Origin: Thermoproteota archaeon
Lineage (GTDB): Archaea > Thermoproteota > Thermoprotei > Gearchaeales > Gearchaeaceae
Assembly (NCBI GenBank): GCA_032249235.1
Contig: JAVVGF010000001.1
Span: forward strand, 352,001 to 416,000
Direction: 5' to 3'
DNA length: 64,000 bases
Translations under genes and position numbers: made by a program
In this document: positions 1-9,313 of the stretch, piece by piece
Numbering within the stretch: position 1 is the first letter of the stretch
How the letters are laid out: the number at the start of each line of letters is the position of its first letter
The notes under the pieces: model-generated
Databases searched by the model: none
What the model was told of the DNA's origin: nothing
Seen by the model: the letters and a program-made list of their open reading frames with translations, nothing else

Positions 1-66
1 CTTCGTATTAGACATATAAGTTGGTGTTTGCTCATTAAGTTTGTGTGATAACAAAACATATGGCAT
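1..66 (-). CDS. 5' part of a putative cyclase (kynurenine formamidase-like) family protein, running off the window edge
   Basis: Manual translation from ATG at 66 gives MPYVLLSHKLNEQTPTYMSNTK, resembling the cyclase N-terminal 'LSH.L...TP.Y' motif; only 22 codons visible. Confidence 0.45.
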   Translation of the reverse strand, partial: MPYVLLSHKLNEQTPTYMSNTK

Positions 67-99
67 AATATTTTTATTAATTGTGATGAATAATTGTTT

Positions 100-732
100 A
101 TGCCTTTAGAACACAAATTTTCTGCTAAGCAATATCCTTTAGAAAAAGAAGTTAAAGGTATTTCAGTAAAGACAAATCAAGAACATTATAAGCTTTATCA
201 AGGCTATGTGAACAAATGGAATGAAATACTTGAGAAGTTAAAAACAGCAGACAGGAGCAAAGCTGCAGCTACGTATAGCGAATATGGCGAATTGAAAAGA
301 CAAGAAACCTTCAATGCCAATGGCAAAATACTTCATGAGCTTTTCTTTCCTACAATATTAGGAGGAGACGGTAAACCTAGAGGAGAAATTGTAGAGAAAA
401 TTAAAGAAGACTTTGGTTCTTTTGAAGCATGGAAAGAAGATTTCATCGCTACAGCAATGGCTGCAAGAGGATGGGCTATTTTAGCGCTAGAGCTACAGTC
501 AAATAAGCTATTTAATTTCTTAGTAGATTTGCAGAATATTGGTCATGTTCAAGATACCGTTGCCATTCTAGCTCTTGATGTTTTTGAGCATGCTTACTTC
601 ATAGACTATGGAACTAATAGAAGAGCCTACATAGATGCTTTCTTCAACAACATAAATTGGGATTTCGTTGAAAAAAGATACCAGTATGCAAAGAAGGTAG
701 CTGAGCTTTATAAACAATATTTTAAAGAATAA
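100..732 (+). CDS. sod: Fe/Mn superoxide dismutase
   Basis: HYKLYQGYV, LHELFF, FGSFEAWKEDF, GWAIL and DVFEHAY motifs; ATG at 100 preferred over TTG at 94. Confidence 0.92.
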   Translation: MPLEHKFSAKQYPLEKEVKGISVKTNQEHYKLYQGYVNKWNEILEKLKTADRSKAAATYSEYGELKRQETFNANGKILHELFFPTILGGDGKPRGEIVEKIKEDFGSFEAWKEDFIATAMAARGWAILALELQSNKLFNFLVDLQNIGHVQDTVAILALDVFEHAYFIDYGTNRRAYIDAFFNNINWDFVEKRYQYAKKVAELYKQYFKE

Positions 733-772
733 ACCAAATTTAATTTTTATATTTTCTTTTTCATAAATCCAT

Positions 773-1801
773 GTGCTTAGGTTAGGATATTGGTGTGGTC
801 AAGAACAATACGATCCAAAGACCTTAGTAGATTTCGCTAAGATAGCAGAAGTTGTAGGCTTCGATATGATAAGCGTAAGCGATCATTTTCATCCATGGAG
901 CGATAAAGGAGGCCAATCAGGATTTCCATGGATTGTAGTCAATTTGATTGCAGATAAAACCCAAAATGTGGAAGTCGGTACAACTGTAACAACACCATTA
1001 TTTAGATATCACCCAGCTATAGTTGCACAAGCATTCGCTACATTGGCATATCTTTATCCTGGCAGGATATTTTTAACGCTCGGAGTAGGGCATTCGATGA
1101 ACGAAACTCCTTTAGGTTTCAAATGGCCTGAAAGTGTAGAGGAAAAAATTTCAAGACTTGAAGAAGCGGTTGAAATAATTCATTTATTATGGTCAAGAGA
1201 ATTCGTGACATATTATGGAAATTATTATCGTTTATATAAAGCAAAGCTTTATACTAAACCGAAAAGTAAAATTCCAATTTATATAGCTACTGCTACGAAA
1301 GAAGCAGCTAGAATAGCAGGAAGATATGGTGACGGAATATTAGTAAATCCACGTGGTTTAGAAAAATTCAACGAAATCATAGATGCTATGGTAAAAGAAG
1401 CTAAGAAACATGGTAGAGATCATGAAAAACTCAAAAAATTAGTTGAGTTCAAGGTCTCCTATAGTGTTGATTATGATGAGGCATTGAAATCAACGCTTTA
1501 TTGGGCTCCTACTGCAATAGATAGAAAGAAAAGAGAAAGTATTTCGGATCCTAGAGAACTTGAGGATAACGTTACCGAAAAAGAGATTGAAAAAATTAAG
1601 AAGACTTGGTTAATAGCTACAGATCCTGAGCAAATCATAAAAAGTTTAGAATACTTCTTGAATTTGAATGTTGATGTAATATTCTTCCATTCTTCTAGTC
1701 CTAATGAAAGAGCTTTTCTAAATATGCTAGGAAGAGATATTTTGCCATGGCTTAAAGAAATATATGAATTGAAAAAAGAACCAATTAGAGTTACCGATTA
1801 A
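773..1801 (+). CDS. F420-dependent LLM-class oxidoreductase (G6PDH-F420-like family)
   Basis: EQYDP, SDHFHPW, GTTVTTPLFRYHPAIVAQAFATL and LGVGHSMNE are typical of this luciferase-like family. Confidence 0.85.
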   Translation: MLRLGYWCGQEQYDPKTLVDFAKIAEVVGFDMISVSDHFHPWSDKGGQSGFPWIVVNLIADKTQNVEVGTTVTTPLFRYHPAIVAQAFATLAYLYPGRIFLTLGVGHSMNETPLGFKWPESVEEKISRLEEAVEIIHLLWSREFVTYYGNYYRLYKAKLYTKPKSKIPIYIATATKEAARIAGRYGDGILVNPRGLEKFNEIIDAMVKEAKKHGRDHEKLKKLVEFKVSYSVDYDEALKSTLYWAPTAIDRKKRESISDPRELEDNVTEKEIEKIKKTWLIATDPEQIIKSLEYFLNLNVDVIFFHSSSPNERAFLNMLGRDILPWLKEIYELKKEPIRVTD

Positions 1802-1917
1802 TTTTAATTAAGACCAATTTTAATCATTTCGTAATACCTTTTAGATTTTAAAATCTTCAATGTTAAATTGAAAGCTTAATTTAGTTTTTTATAATAGATA
1901 TTCAAAAAATATGCTAT

Positions 1918-3084
1918 TTATATAATAGAAATGACTGATTGATACCATTTGAAAACATATTCTGGAATGCTAAAACCTCTTTGTTCCATTCTACTAACCA
2001 TGAATATAGGTAATGGACTAAGCAAAAAAGCTGCTTTTAAATAAAATCTATTAGGTTCGCCTTTTTTATAGCTTGTTTCTAAGACATAATTAATGTCTGA
2101 AATGGCACCTATTGAGGTATTAGCATTACCTGTTATTGAAATTATTTTACCTCCTAACCTTTTGAAGTTTCTACACCAACCAACAACTATTTCTGTTTCT
2201 CCTGAATATGAAATTACAATGAATACATCGCCAGTTCTAGGAGAGGGCAAATTTGTATCTCTTACTACATAAGTTGCATCTCCTAGTATTCTTTTTATAT
2301 GTCCAATTCTTACCGCAGCCATTCTTGCAACTTCCAAACCACTACCTAAACCGCCAAAGAAACAAGCATTCCTTTTTTCTAATTCATCAGCAACCAAATT
2401 TAGAAATTTTATTGCTTCAACATTATCGAACACTTTGAATAAATCCATTAACAAGCTGTTAATGTATTCTTTCAGATGATCTGATGGTGCATCATTATTC
2501 ATCGCTTCTGCTATTGCTTGGAACAAAGCTGCGCTACCTAGTTCGAAAATATCTCCTAGAATTCCGTGTTCTCTAAATTCTCTTACTCCTTCTTCACTTA
2601 TTTCCGTTTCTCTTTTTCCTTTTAATAAGAGAGTTGTTCCAAATTTATAGCCTAATTTTGCTAGGGGAGATTCAGGATCTGAAGTTAATACGTTTATCCT
2701 ATAATCTTTGTTATTTCCTGTATCTACTATATATTGAGCCAATTTTTGCGCATCTATTAAAGGAATCAAAGCTTTTCCGCTTCCAGAATTTACTAAAAGA
2801 CAAAAAGGACCGTATTTTCTTCTTATTACTGGTGCGGCTTCATATAAATCTCTTCCAGGAAAACCTATGTCGCTTCTATCTAGAATTATTCTACCTCTTT
2901 CCATTTTCGCTATTTCGCTACAAGCTATGCTTAATGCTCCCTTTGATCTCCCTTCGCCTGTAGGTACGATTACTCTTGCAGAGATTATATTATAATAAAA
3001 GTTTCTAAGATTTTCTTCATCTAATTCTTCTAAATTTTTCTTTATTGCATTTAGGTACCTTAGTTCAGCGATTTCCTTTAGCAT
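1918..3084 (-). CDS. Tandem SIS-domain protein (two 6-phospho-3-hexuloisomerase-like domains)
   Basis: N-half TGEGRS...NSGSG...LTSDPESPLAK...FEL; C-half GLGSGLEVARMAAVR...ISYSGET...ITGNANTSIGAISD. Confidence 0.7.
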   Translation of the reverse strand: MLKEIAELRYLNAIKKNLEELDEENLRNFYYNIISARVIVPTGEGRSKGALSIACSEIAKMERGRIILDRSDIGFPGRDLYEAAPVIRRKYGPFCLLVNSGSGKALIPLIDAQKLAQYIVDTGNNKDYRINVLTSDPESPLAKLGYKFGTTLLLKGKRETEISEEGVREFREHGILGDIFELGSAALFQAIAEAMNNDAPSDHLKEYINSLLMDLFKVFDNVEAIKFLNLVADELEKRNACFFGGLGSGLEVARMAAVRIGHIKRILGDATYVVRDTNLPSPRTGDVFIVISYSGETEIVVGWCRNFKRLGGKIISITGNANTSIGAISDINYVLETSYKKGEPNRFYLKAAFLLSPLPIFMVSRMEQRGFSIPEYVFKWYQSVISII

Positions 3085-3133
3085 GTGTGATTATAACCCT
3101 AACTATAAATATCTTTTACTAAAAGATTCTCAT

Positions 3134-4498
3134 ATGGTTTATGATGTCGCTATCATTGGAGCAGGACCAGGTGGTTATGTTGCTGCGATAAGGGCTGGAC
3201 AACTCGGTAAAAAAGTTTTGTTGATTGAAAGAGATAAATTAGGAGGCGTGTGCTTAAATTATGGTTGTATTCCTAGCAAAGCGATAATTCATCTCGCTCA
3301 TCTCTATAAAAAAATAAAATGGTTGAATGAAGTAGGCTTAGCTATAGGTGATGTTAAGCTTGATTTCAAAAGAATAAGAGATTGGAAAGAACAGGTAGTC
3401 GATAGATTAAGAAAGGGCATTAAGTTTTTACTAGATTCTTATGGGGTTGAGCAAATAGTTGGAAAAGCAAGTTTAAGAGATTACAACAAGATTGAAGTAG
3501 AAGGTAAAATATTTGAGGCTAATAACATTATAATAGCTACAGGTTCTTCTCCATTAGACCTTCCAAACCTAAAGCACGATGGAAGAGATATCCTCGATTC
3601 AACAGCAATGCTTGAATTGACAGAAGTACCTCAAAGATTGCTTGTAGTAGGTGGCGGAGCGATAGGACTTGAATTAGGATGTGCTTTTCAAAATTTCGGG
3701 AGTGAGCTTTATGTAGTAGAAATAATGGATCAATTGTTACCTGGCTTTGATAAAGAAGCTTCGGAAGTAATTAGGCGTAGTATAATAAAAAAAGGAGGAA
3801 AAGTTTATCTTAGTTCGAAAGTTCTTGAAGTAAAAAAGAATGGGAAATTAAAAGTAGCGATCGATACACAAGGGAAAATTGAAGAAATAGAGGTAGACAA
3901 GATATTGCTAAGTGTTGGAAGAAAGCCTAATAATGAGGATATCAACATCAAGGGTCTTCAAACGGATAAAAAAGGTTATATAATCGTGGATGAAAGGCAA
4001 AGGACTAACATTGAAAACATATACGCAATAGGTGACATTACAGGCCCTCCTTTTTTAGCACATCGAGCCTCAAAGCAAGGAATCGTAGCTGCTGAAGTAA
4101 TAAGCGGTATGAAAAGTGCATTCGATTACAGAGCAATACCTTCAACTTTTTTCACAGATCCCGAATTTATATCAGTAGGTAAAAGTTCTGCTGAAGTATC
4201 GAAGGCTGTAATCATAGGTAAATTCCCATTTTTAGCATTAGGAAGAGCTCTTACTCAAGGATTTAGCGAAGGTTTTGTAAAAGTAATTGCAGACAAAGAT
4301 AGTAAGGTAATTTTAGGAATTCAAGCCGTAGGAGAAGGGGTTTCTGAATTAAATGGTGAAGCTTCTTTAGCTATTGAGGCATCATTGACTTTAGAAGATT
4401 TAGGATTTGTCATGCATGCACATCCAACTTTAAGTGAAGCATTAATGGAATCTGCAGAAAATGCTTTAAGGAAGGCTATACATATTTTAAACAAATGA
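3134..4498 (+). CDS. lpdA: Dihydrolipoamide dehydrogenase (E3)
   Basis: GAGPGGYVAAIRA, GGVCLNYGCIPSK redox disulfide, HAHPTLSE; start moved to ATG 3134 (TATA-like tataaa about 30 nt upstream). Confidence 0.95.
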   Translation: MVYDVAIIGAGPGGYVAAIRAGQLGKKVLLIERDKLGGVCLNYGCIPSKAIIHLAHLYKKIKWLNEVGLAIGDVKLDFKRIRDWKEQVVDRLRKGIKFLLDSYGVEQIVGKASLRDYNKIEVEGKIFEANNIIIATGSSPLDLPNLKHDGRDILDSTAMLELTEVPQRLLVVGGGAIGLELGCAFQNFGSELYVVEIMDQLLPGFDKEASEVIRRSIIKKGGKVYLSSKVLEVKKNGKLKVAIDTQGKIEEIEVDKILLSVGRKPNNEDINIKGLQTDKKGYIIVDERQRTNIENIYAIGDITGPPFLAHRASKQGIVAAEVISGMKSAFDYRAIPSTFFTDPEFISVGKSSAEVSKAVIIGKFPFLALGRALTQGFSEGFVKVIADKDSKVILGIQAVGEGVSELNGEASLAIEASLTLEDLGFVMHAHPTLSEALMESAENALRKAIHILNK

Positions 4499-5157
4499 TA
4501 AAAGGATATTTACTCGATTTCGATTTTCTTGAATATTTTAAAGCTCTAAAACTTCAGCATGAACTTGTTAATTTAAGAAACGAGAATAAAATACCTGAAT
4601 CTCTAATCTTATTAGAACATGAACATGTAATAACCATAGGTAAAAGAGGTAAGGTTGAAGATATCCTTGATAAGTCATTACCTTATTATTTTGTTGAAAG
4701 AGGAGGAGAACTGACTTATCATGGACCAGGTCAACTTGTTGGATATCCTATTTTTGATCTCAAATATCTTAAGCTTGATGTTAAGCAATATGTAGCCAAG
4801 CTAGAAGAATCAATTTGCTATGCTTTGAAGAAGTTTAATATTTTTTGCGACAAAGAACATATTCTACCTGGAGTATGGACAGGGAAAATGAAAATCGCTT
4901 CTATTGGAATAGCATTGAAGAACTTTGTAACTTTTCACGGCTTTGCATTGAATGTAAATACGGATCTTAGTTATTTCTATAAAATAAAGCCATGCGGTTT
5001 AGATGCTTCAGTTATGACTTCTATGGAAAAGATATTAGGTGAGAAAATAAATATGAAAGAAGTTAAGGAAGCTATAATCGAAGGCTTTCAAAATGTTTTC
5101 AACATTGAATTTGAAAGAAAAAAACTTGAAGATCTAAATTTAAAGCTTCTCGAATAA
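4495..5157 (+). CDS. lipB: Lipoyl(octanoyl) transferase LipB
   Basis: LLEHEHVITIG, ERGGELTYHGPGQLVGYP, KIASIG, HGFALN, IKPCGL; ATGA overlap with lpdA. Confidence 0.9.
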   Translation: MIKGYLLDFDFLEYFKALKLQHELVNLRNENKIPESLILLEHEHVITIGKRGKVEDILDKSLPYYFVERGGELTYHGPGQLVGYPIFDLKYLKLDVKQYVAKLEESICYALKKFNIFCDKEHILPGVWTGKMKIASIGIALKNFVTFHGFALNVNTDLSYFYKIKPCGLDASVMTSMEKILGEKINMKEVKEAIIEGFQNVFNIEFERKKLEDLNLKLLE

Positions 5158-6345
5158 CATCGAAATTCCTTGACCTACGCCAATACACATGGTAGCTAAA
5201 CAATATCTAACATTTCTTCTTTTTGCTTCATGAAATAATGTAGTCGTTATCCTTGCGCCTGAACATCCTAAAGGATGTCCTAAAGCTATTGCACCACCAT
5301 TGGGATTCAATCTAGGATCGTTAGGATCAATTTCAAATTCCTTTAAGCATGCTAGAACTTGCGCAGCGAATGCTTCATTTATCTCGATCAAATCGATATC
5401 TTTAAGTTCAAGTCCAACTTTTTTCAAAAGCTTTCTTGTTGCTGGTACAGGACCTATGCCCATAATATTAGGATTGACTCCTGCTGTAGCCCATGATATT
5501 ATTTTTAAAATTGGTTTGTATCCGAGTTCCTCTGCTTTTTCTCTGCTCATTAGCAAAACTACTGAAGCTCCATCGTTTATTCCAGAACTATTGCCTGCAG
5601 TAACAGTTCCATTAGGTCTGAATACGGGTTTTAATTTAGCTAATTTCTCAAGAGAAGTATCTGGTCTAGGATTTTCATCCTTGTCTACAATGTTAGTATT
5701 TTTAGTTTTTTCATCAAATACTTCGACCGGAATTATTTCATCTTTAAATTTTCCTTCTTTCTGAGCTTTAACTGCCTTCATATGACTATTGTAAGCAAAA
5801 AGGTCTTGTTCTTCTCTAGATATTTTATATAGTTCAGCAAGATTTTCTGCTGTTTCACCCATGCTTATTGGTGGATATTCTTTGGGCCATTTAGGATTTA
5901 CAAATCTCCATCCAATCGTTGTATCATAAATTTGCAATTCTCTTTGAAATGGCCGAATTGATTTAGGTATTACGAAAGGCGCTCTGCTCATGCTTTCGAC
6001 ACCTCCAGCAATGTAAATATCTCCAATTCCAGATCTTATCATGGAAGCTGCTATAGATATAGCCTCGAGACCTGAGCCGCACAAGCGATTAATCGTGGCT
6101 CCTGGTACTGAAACAGGAAAGCCTGCAAGTATTATAGCCATCCTTGCAACGTTTCTATTATCTTCTCCTGCTTGATTTGAACAACCTATGTAAACATCAT
6201 CGATTAAATTTGGGTCTAAATTGTTTCTTTCTACGATTTTTTTTAACAAAAGAGCTACCATATCGTCTGGTCTAACTAAGCTCAAAACACCTCCATATTT
6301 TCCTATAGGAGTCCTTATAGCATCAATGATTACTACTTCTCTCAT
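5140..6345 (-). CDS. Acetyl-CoA C-acyltransferase (thiolase), PaaJ/PcaF-like
   Basis: GCSNQAGEDNRNVARMA (PaaJ/PcaF-type), NRLCGSG, NEAFAAQ, GHPLG, CIGVGQG. Confidence 0.9.
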   Translation of the reverse strand: MREVVIIDAIRTPIGKYGGVLSLVRPDDMVALLLKKIVERNNLDPNLIDDVYIGCSNQAGEDNRNVARMAIILAGFPVSVPGATINRLCGSGLEAISIAASMIRSGIGDIYIAGGVESMSRAPFVIPKSIRPFQRELQIYDTTIGWRFVNPKWPKEYPPISMGETAENLAELYKISREEQDLFAYNSHMKAVKAQKEGKFKDEIIPVEVFDEKTKNTNIVDKDENPRPDTSLEKLAKLKPVFRPNGTVTAGNSSGINDGASVVLLMSREKAEELGYKPILKIISWATAGVNPNIMGIGPVPATRKLLKKVGLELKDIDLIEINEAFAAQVLACLKEFEIDPNDPRLNPNGGAIALGHPLGCSGARITTTLFHEAKRRNVRYCLATMCIGVGQGISMLFEKL

Positions 6346-6382
6346 TGAAATAATCCTAATTTAATAAAAATATAATTTTAAA

Positions 6383-6425
6383 TTATTTACCTTTAAAAAC
6401 AGGTTTTCTTTTTTCAATGAAAGCC
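6383..6425. repeat. 43-bp perfect direct repeat, copy 1 (3' end of the first crotonase gene)
   Basis: ttatttacctttaaaaacaggttttcttttttcaatgaaagcc is identical to 7519-7561. Confidence 0.9.
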
Positions 6426-7171
6426 TTTAATCCTTCTAAATGATCTTCAGTTGAACCTGCAATTTCTTGCAAGTATGCCTCGTATTCAAGGACATTTTCC
6501 AAATCGTTGTTTAGCGAATAGTAAATCAATTTTTTCGTCAATGCTATAGCTCTTGTAGGAAGACTAGCGTATTTTCGAGCTATCTCATTCGTTTCTTCTT
6601 CTAGTTTATCCTCAGGTACCACTTTATTTATTAATCCTAATTCCAAGGCTCTTTTTGCATCTATTGTTTCTCCAAGCGTAAAGTATTCTAATGCTCTTGC
6701 CAATCCTATTTTCTTCAATATAAAGAAACACGATGCTGAATCAGGTATCAAACCTACATTTAGAAATGCTTCTACAAAATTTACTTTTTCTGATGCTAAC
6801 TTGTAGTCGCATGATAAGGCTAATCCTAATCCTGCTCCTGCTACTACACCGTTTATCGATGCGATTACTGGCTTAGGCGAAGTGGTTATTCTCGTAATTA
6901 TGCGATTAAAATACTTTCTTAGAAAGTCACCATAAGGAAACTTTTGACCTTTATCAAGATATTCCTTCATATATTTCAAATCAATACCTACGCAAAATCC
7001 TCTACCTGTTCCTGTTAATATTATGCATCTTATGTTTTCATCTTTACCCAATTCTGCAAGAGCTTTGTCCAATTGCTCAATACTGTTTGCATCTAAAGCA
7101 TTCAAAACTTCAGGTCTGTTAAGCGTTATTTTGCCGATGTTCTCCTTTCTTTCAACTATTATACTACTCAT
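6383..7171 (-). CDS. Enoyl-CoA hydratase/isomerase family protein (PaaG-like)
   Basis: LNRPEVLNAL, FCVGIDL, GVVAGAGLGLALSCD, VGLIPDS; lacks the first hydratase Glu and has Asp in the PD motif, as in PaaG-type isomerases. Confidence 0.82.
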   Translation of the reverse strand: MSSIIVERKENIGKITLNRPEVLNALDANSIEQLDKALAELGKDENIRCIILTGTGRGFCVGIDLKYMKEYLDKGQKFPYGDFLRKYFNRIITRITTSPKPVIASINGVVAGAGLGLALSCDYKLASEKVNFVEAFLNVGLIPDSASCFFILKKIGLARALEYFTLGETIDAKRALELGLINKVVPEDKLEEETNEIARKYASLPTRAIALTKKLIYYSLNNDLENVLEYEAYLQEIAGSTEDHLEGLKAFIEKRKPVFKGK

Positions 7172-7189
7172 GTAGTTTCAAATTATAAT

Positions 7190-7489
7190 TTAAAATAAAA
7201 AGTTGTTTTCCAAATCGTATTTTATCTTCATCATTTCTTTTAAAATAAATTCATCTATTCTTATTTTCTTTCTATAACTCATACCTAAAAATATGATACC
7301 TAGAATATCAGTTATCACTGGTTCAGGTAAAGCGAACATTAACAAGGCTAACTTGAATAATTTATTATTCTTCCTTCTATAGTTTAAGTTTTTCAAAGCT
7401 TTTAGAGACTGCTTTAGTATTAGATACGTTTCATTCATAGTAGAGGCTCTATTTTTTGCAAGCTTAGCTAGTAATCGATAATTGTCCAT
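7190..7489 (-). CDS. Hypothetical small basic protein with one hydrophobic segment
   Basis: 99-aa ORF co-oriented between two crotonases; LALLMFALPEPVITDILGIIFLG segment. Confidence 0.55.
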   Translation of the reverse strand: MDNYRLLAKLAKNRASTMNETYLILKQSLKALKNLNYRRKNNKLFKLALLMFALPEPVITDILGIIFLGMSYRKKIRIDEFILKEMMKIKYDLENNFLF

Positions 7490-7518
7490 AAAGAAACTTA
7501 CAAAAAAGTATTTAAGGT

Positions 7519-7561
7519 TTATTTACCTTTAAAAACAGGTTTTCTTTTTTCAATGAAAGCC
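7519..7561. repeat. 43-bp perfect direct repeat, copy 2 (3' end of the second crotonase gene)
   Basis: Identical to 6383-6425. Confidence 0.9.
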
Positions 7562-8298
7562 CTCATTCCTTCTTTCGCATCTTCAGTCGATAGCAAAAGA
7601 TAGAATAACTTTCTCTCATATTCCAAACCTTCTTTTAAGCTTGTTTCTTGTGCTTTTCTTATGGAATCTTTAATGAAACGAACTGCAATAGGTGCTTTGC
7701 TAGCTATTTCCTTTGCTAACTTTATTGCTTCTTCTAGCAAAAGTTCTCTCGGAACAACTTTATTTACTATTCCTAATTCATATGCTTCTTTTGCATTTAT
7801 GAATTTACCAGTTAGACATAATTCCATCGCTTTTTGTTTACCTATTAATCTAGCAAGTCTTTGTGTCCCTCCTGCGCCTGGCATTAGTCCAAGATTTATT
7901 TCAGGCTGGCCGAACATTGCATCTTCAGAAGCGATTATCATATCACAACTTAAAGCTAATTCGCAACCACCTCCTACTGCATATCCTTGAACAGCAGCAA
8001 TGATTGGTTTAGTAACAAATTCCATCATTCTTTCCCATACTGCTAAGGGGCTTTTCTCTATCGCTTCAATAGGGCTAAGTAATACCATTTCTTTAATATC
8101 AGCACCTGCAGAGAAATGATTTGAACCCGTAATTATTATCACTCTTGTGCTTTCGTCTCTTTCAAATTGTTCAACAGCATCGATTATTTCTTCAACAGTC
8201 TTTTTGTTTAGTGCATTCAATTGAGCAGGACGGTTTATTCTTATTATACCTACTTCTTCTACTTTCTCTATAATGATATTTTCGTATTTCTTCTCCAT
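7519..8298 (-). CDS. Enoyl-CoA hydratase (PaaF/crotonase-like)
   Basis: FSAGADIKEM, GYAVGGGCELALSCD, FGQPEINLGLMPGAGGTQRL; both catalytic Glu present. Confidence 0.9.
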   Translation of the reverse strand: MEKKYENIIIEKVEEVGIIRINRPAQLNALNKKTVEEIIDAVEQFERDESTRVIIITGSNHFSAGADIKEMVLLSPIEAIEKSPLAVWERMMEFVTKPIIAAVQGYAVGGGCELALSCDMIIASEDAMFGQPEINLGLMPGAGGTQRLARLIGKQKAMELCLTGKFINAKEAYELGIVNKVVPRELLLEEAIKLAKEIASKAPIAVRFIKDSIRKAQETSLKEGLEYERKLFYLLLSTEDAKEGMRAFIEKRKPVFKGK

Positions 8299-8328
8299 AG
8301 CCTAAGAAATGAAGATTAATTCTTAAGC

Positions 8329-9267
8329 TTAATGTATGTAAGATTCAAATTTAGTTATCAATTCTTTGCTTGCTTGATATCTGGAGATTTTTCCTTTAAG
8401 GATTTCCTCTGAAATTTTTTCCATTTCTTCATCATGTTCCTTTATAAATTTCTCAAGCAAACTGAAAAAGAAAGAATTTAAATCATTTATTAAGCTACTT
8501 TTCATCCTCATTTTTCTTCTCTTTTCTATTTCTCCACTTTTTGAATATTCTTCCCATTTACTCATCATAGCATCATAAAGCTCCTTTATTCCTTCATTAT
8601 AAAGTGCTGAAGTATAAACAATCTTTTTTTCTTTTCCAACGATCATTCTTAAAGTTACACCAGTTATTTTATTTCTGTCAAGATCTCCTTTATTTATAAC
8701 GTAGATATCTGCTATTTCCATCAAACCTGCTTTTAAAGCTTGTATTTCATCACCTGAATAAGGCATCAATACTAGAGAAACCACGTCTGCTTTCTTGAAT
8801 ATATCGGTTTCGATTTGACCAGCACCTACAGTTTCAATGAATATAACTGTTTTACCGCTAGCTTCTAATACTAGCATGGCATCATCGATTGCTCTCGATA
8901 AACCTCCAAACCATCCTCTTGTAGCTAAGCTCCTAGCATAAACCTTAGGATCTGAAACTTCTTCTATCATTCTAACTCTATTACCTAAAAGTGCTCCTCC
9001 TGATATTGGACTTGAAGGATCTACAAGCAAAACTCCAACATTTTCATCTCTATTTCTTGCTTCCTTTACTAATTTTGAAATAAGAGTGCTCTTACCAACA
9101 CCTGGGGGACCTGTTATTCCAAATACCTTTGCTTTACCTATTCTGTCTTTGAAAGTTTCTAATACTTCATATATTCTTGAATCGCCTTCCTCTATCATCG
9201 TTATAGCTTTTGCTATAAATCTTCTATCTCCATTCTCAATACCTTTCTTTATACTTTCCGTATCCAC
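8329..9267 (-). CDS. meaB: Acyl-CoA mutase-associated GTPase MeaB/ArgK
   Basis: GITGPPGVGKST, VDPSSP..GGALLGNRVRM, ETVGAGQ, GDEIQALKAGLMEIAD, NKGD; divergent from the mutase genes. Confidence 0.92.
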   Translation of the reverse strand: MDTESIKKGIENGDRRFIAKAITMIEEGDSRIYEVLETFKDRIGKAKVFGITGPPGVGKSTLISKLVKEARNRDENVGVLLVDPSSPISGGALLGNRVRMIEEVSDPKVYARSLATRGWFGGLSRAIDDAMLVLEASGKTVIFIETVGAGQIETDIFKKADVVSLVLMPYSGDEIQALKAGLMEIADIYVINKGDLDRNKITGVTLRMIVGKEKKIVYTSALYNEGIKELYDAMMSKWEEYSKSGEIEKRRKMRMKSSLINDLNSFFFSLLEKFIKEHDEEMEKISEEILKGKISRYQASKELITKFESYIH

Positions 9268-9313
9268 TTAATTCTAGATAGATTTTAATTCTTTTAAAAA
9301 TATAATAAAAAGC

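Noticed and set aside
83-140. GTGATGA box C-like motif (possible C/D sRNA) upstream of sod
   Set aside because: No box D (CTGA) at a suitable distance; it lies in the short sod upstream region.
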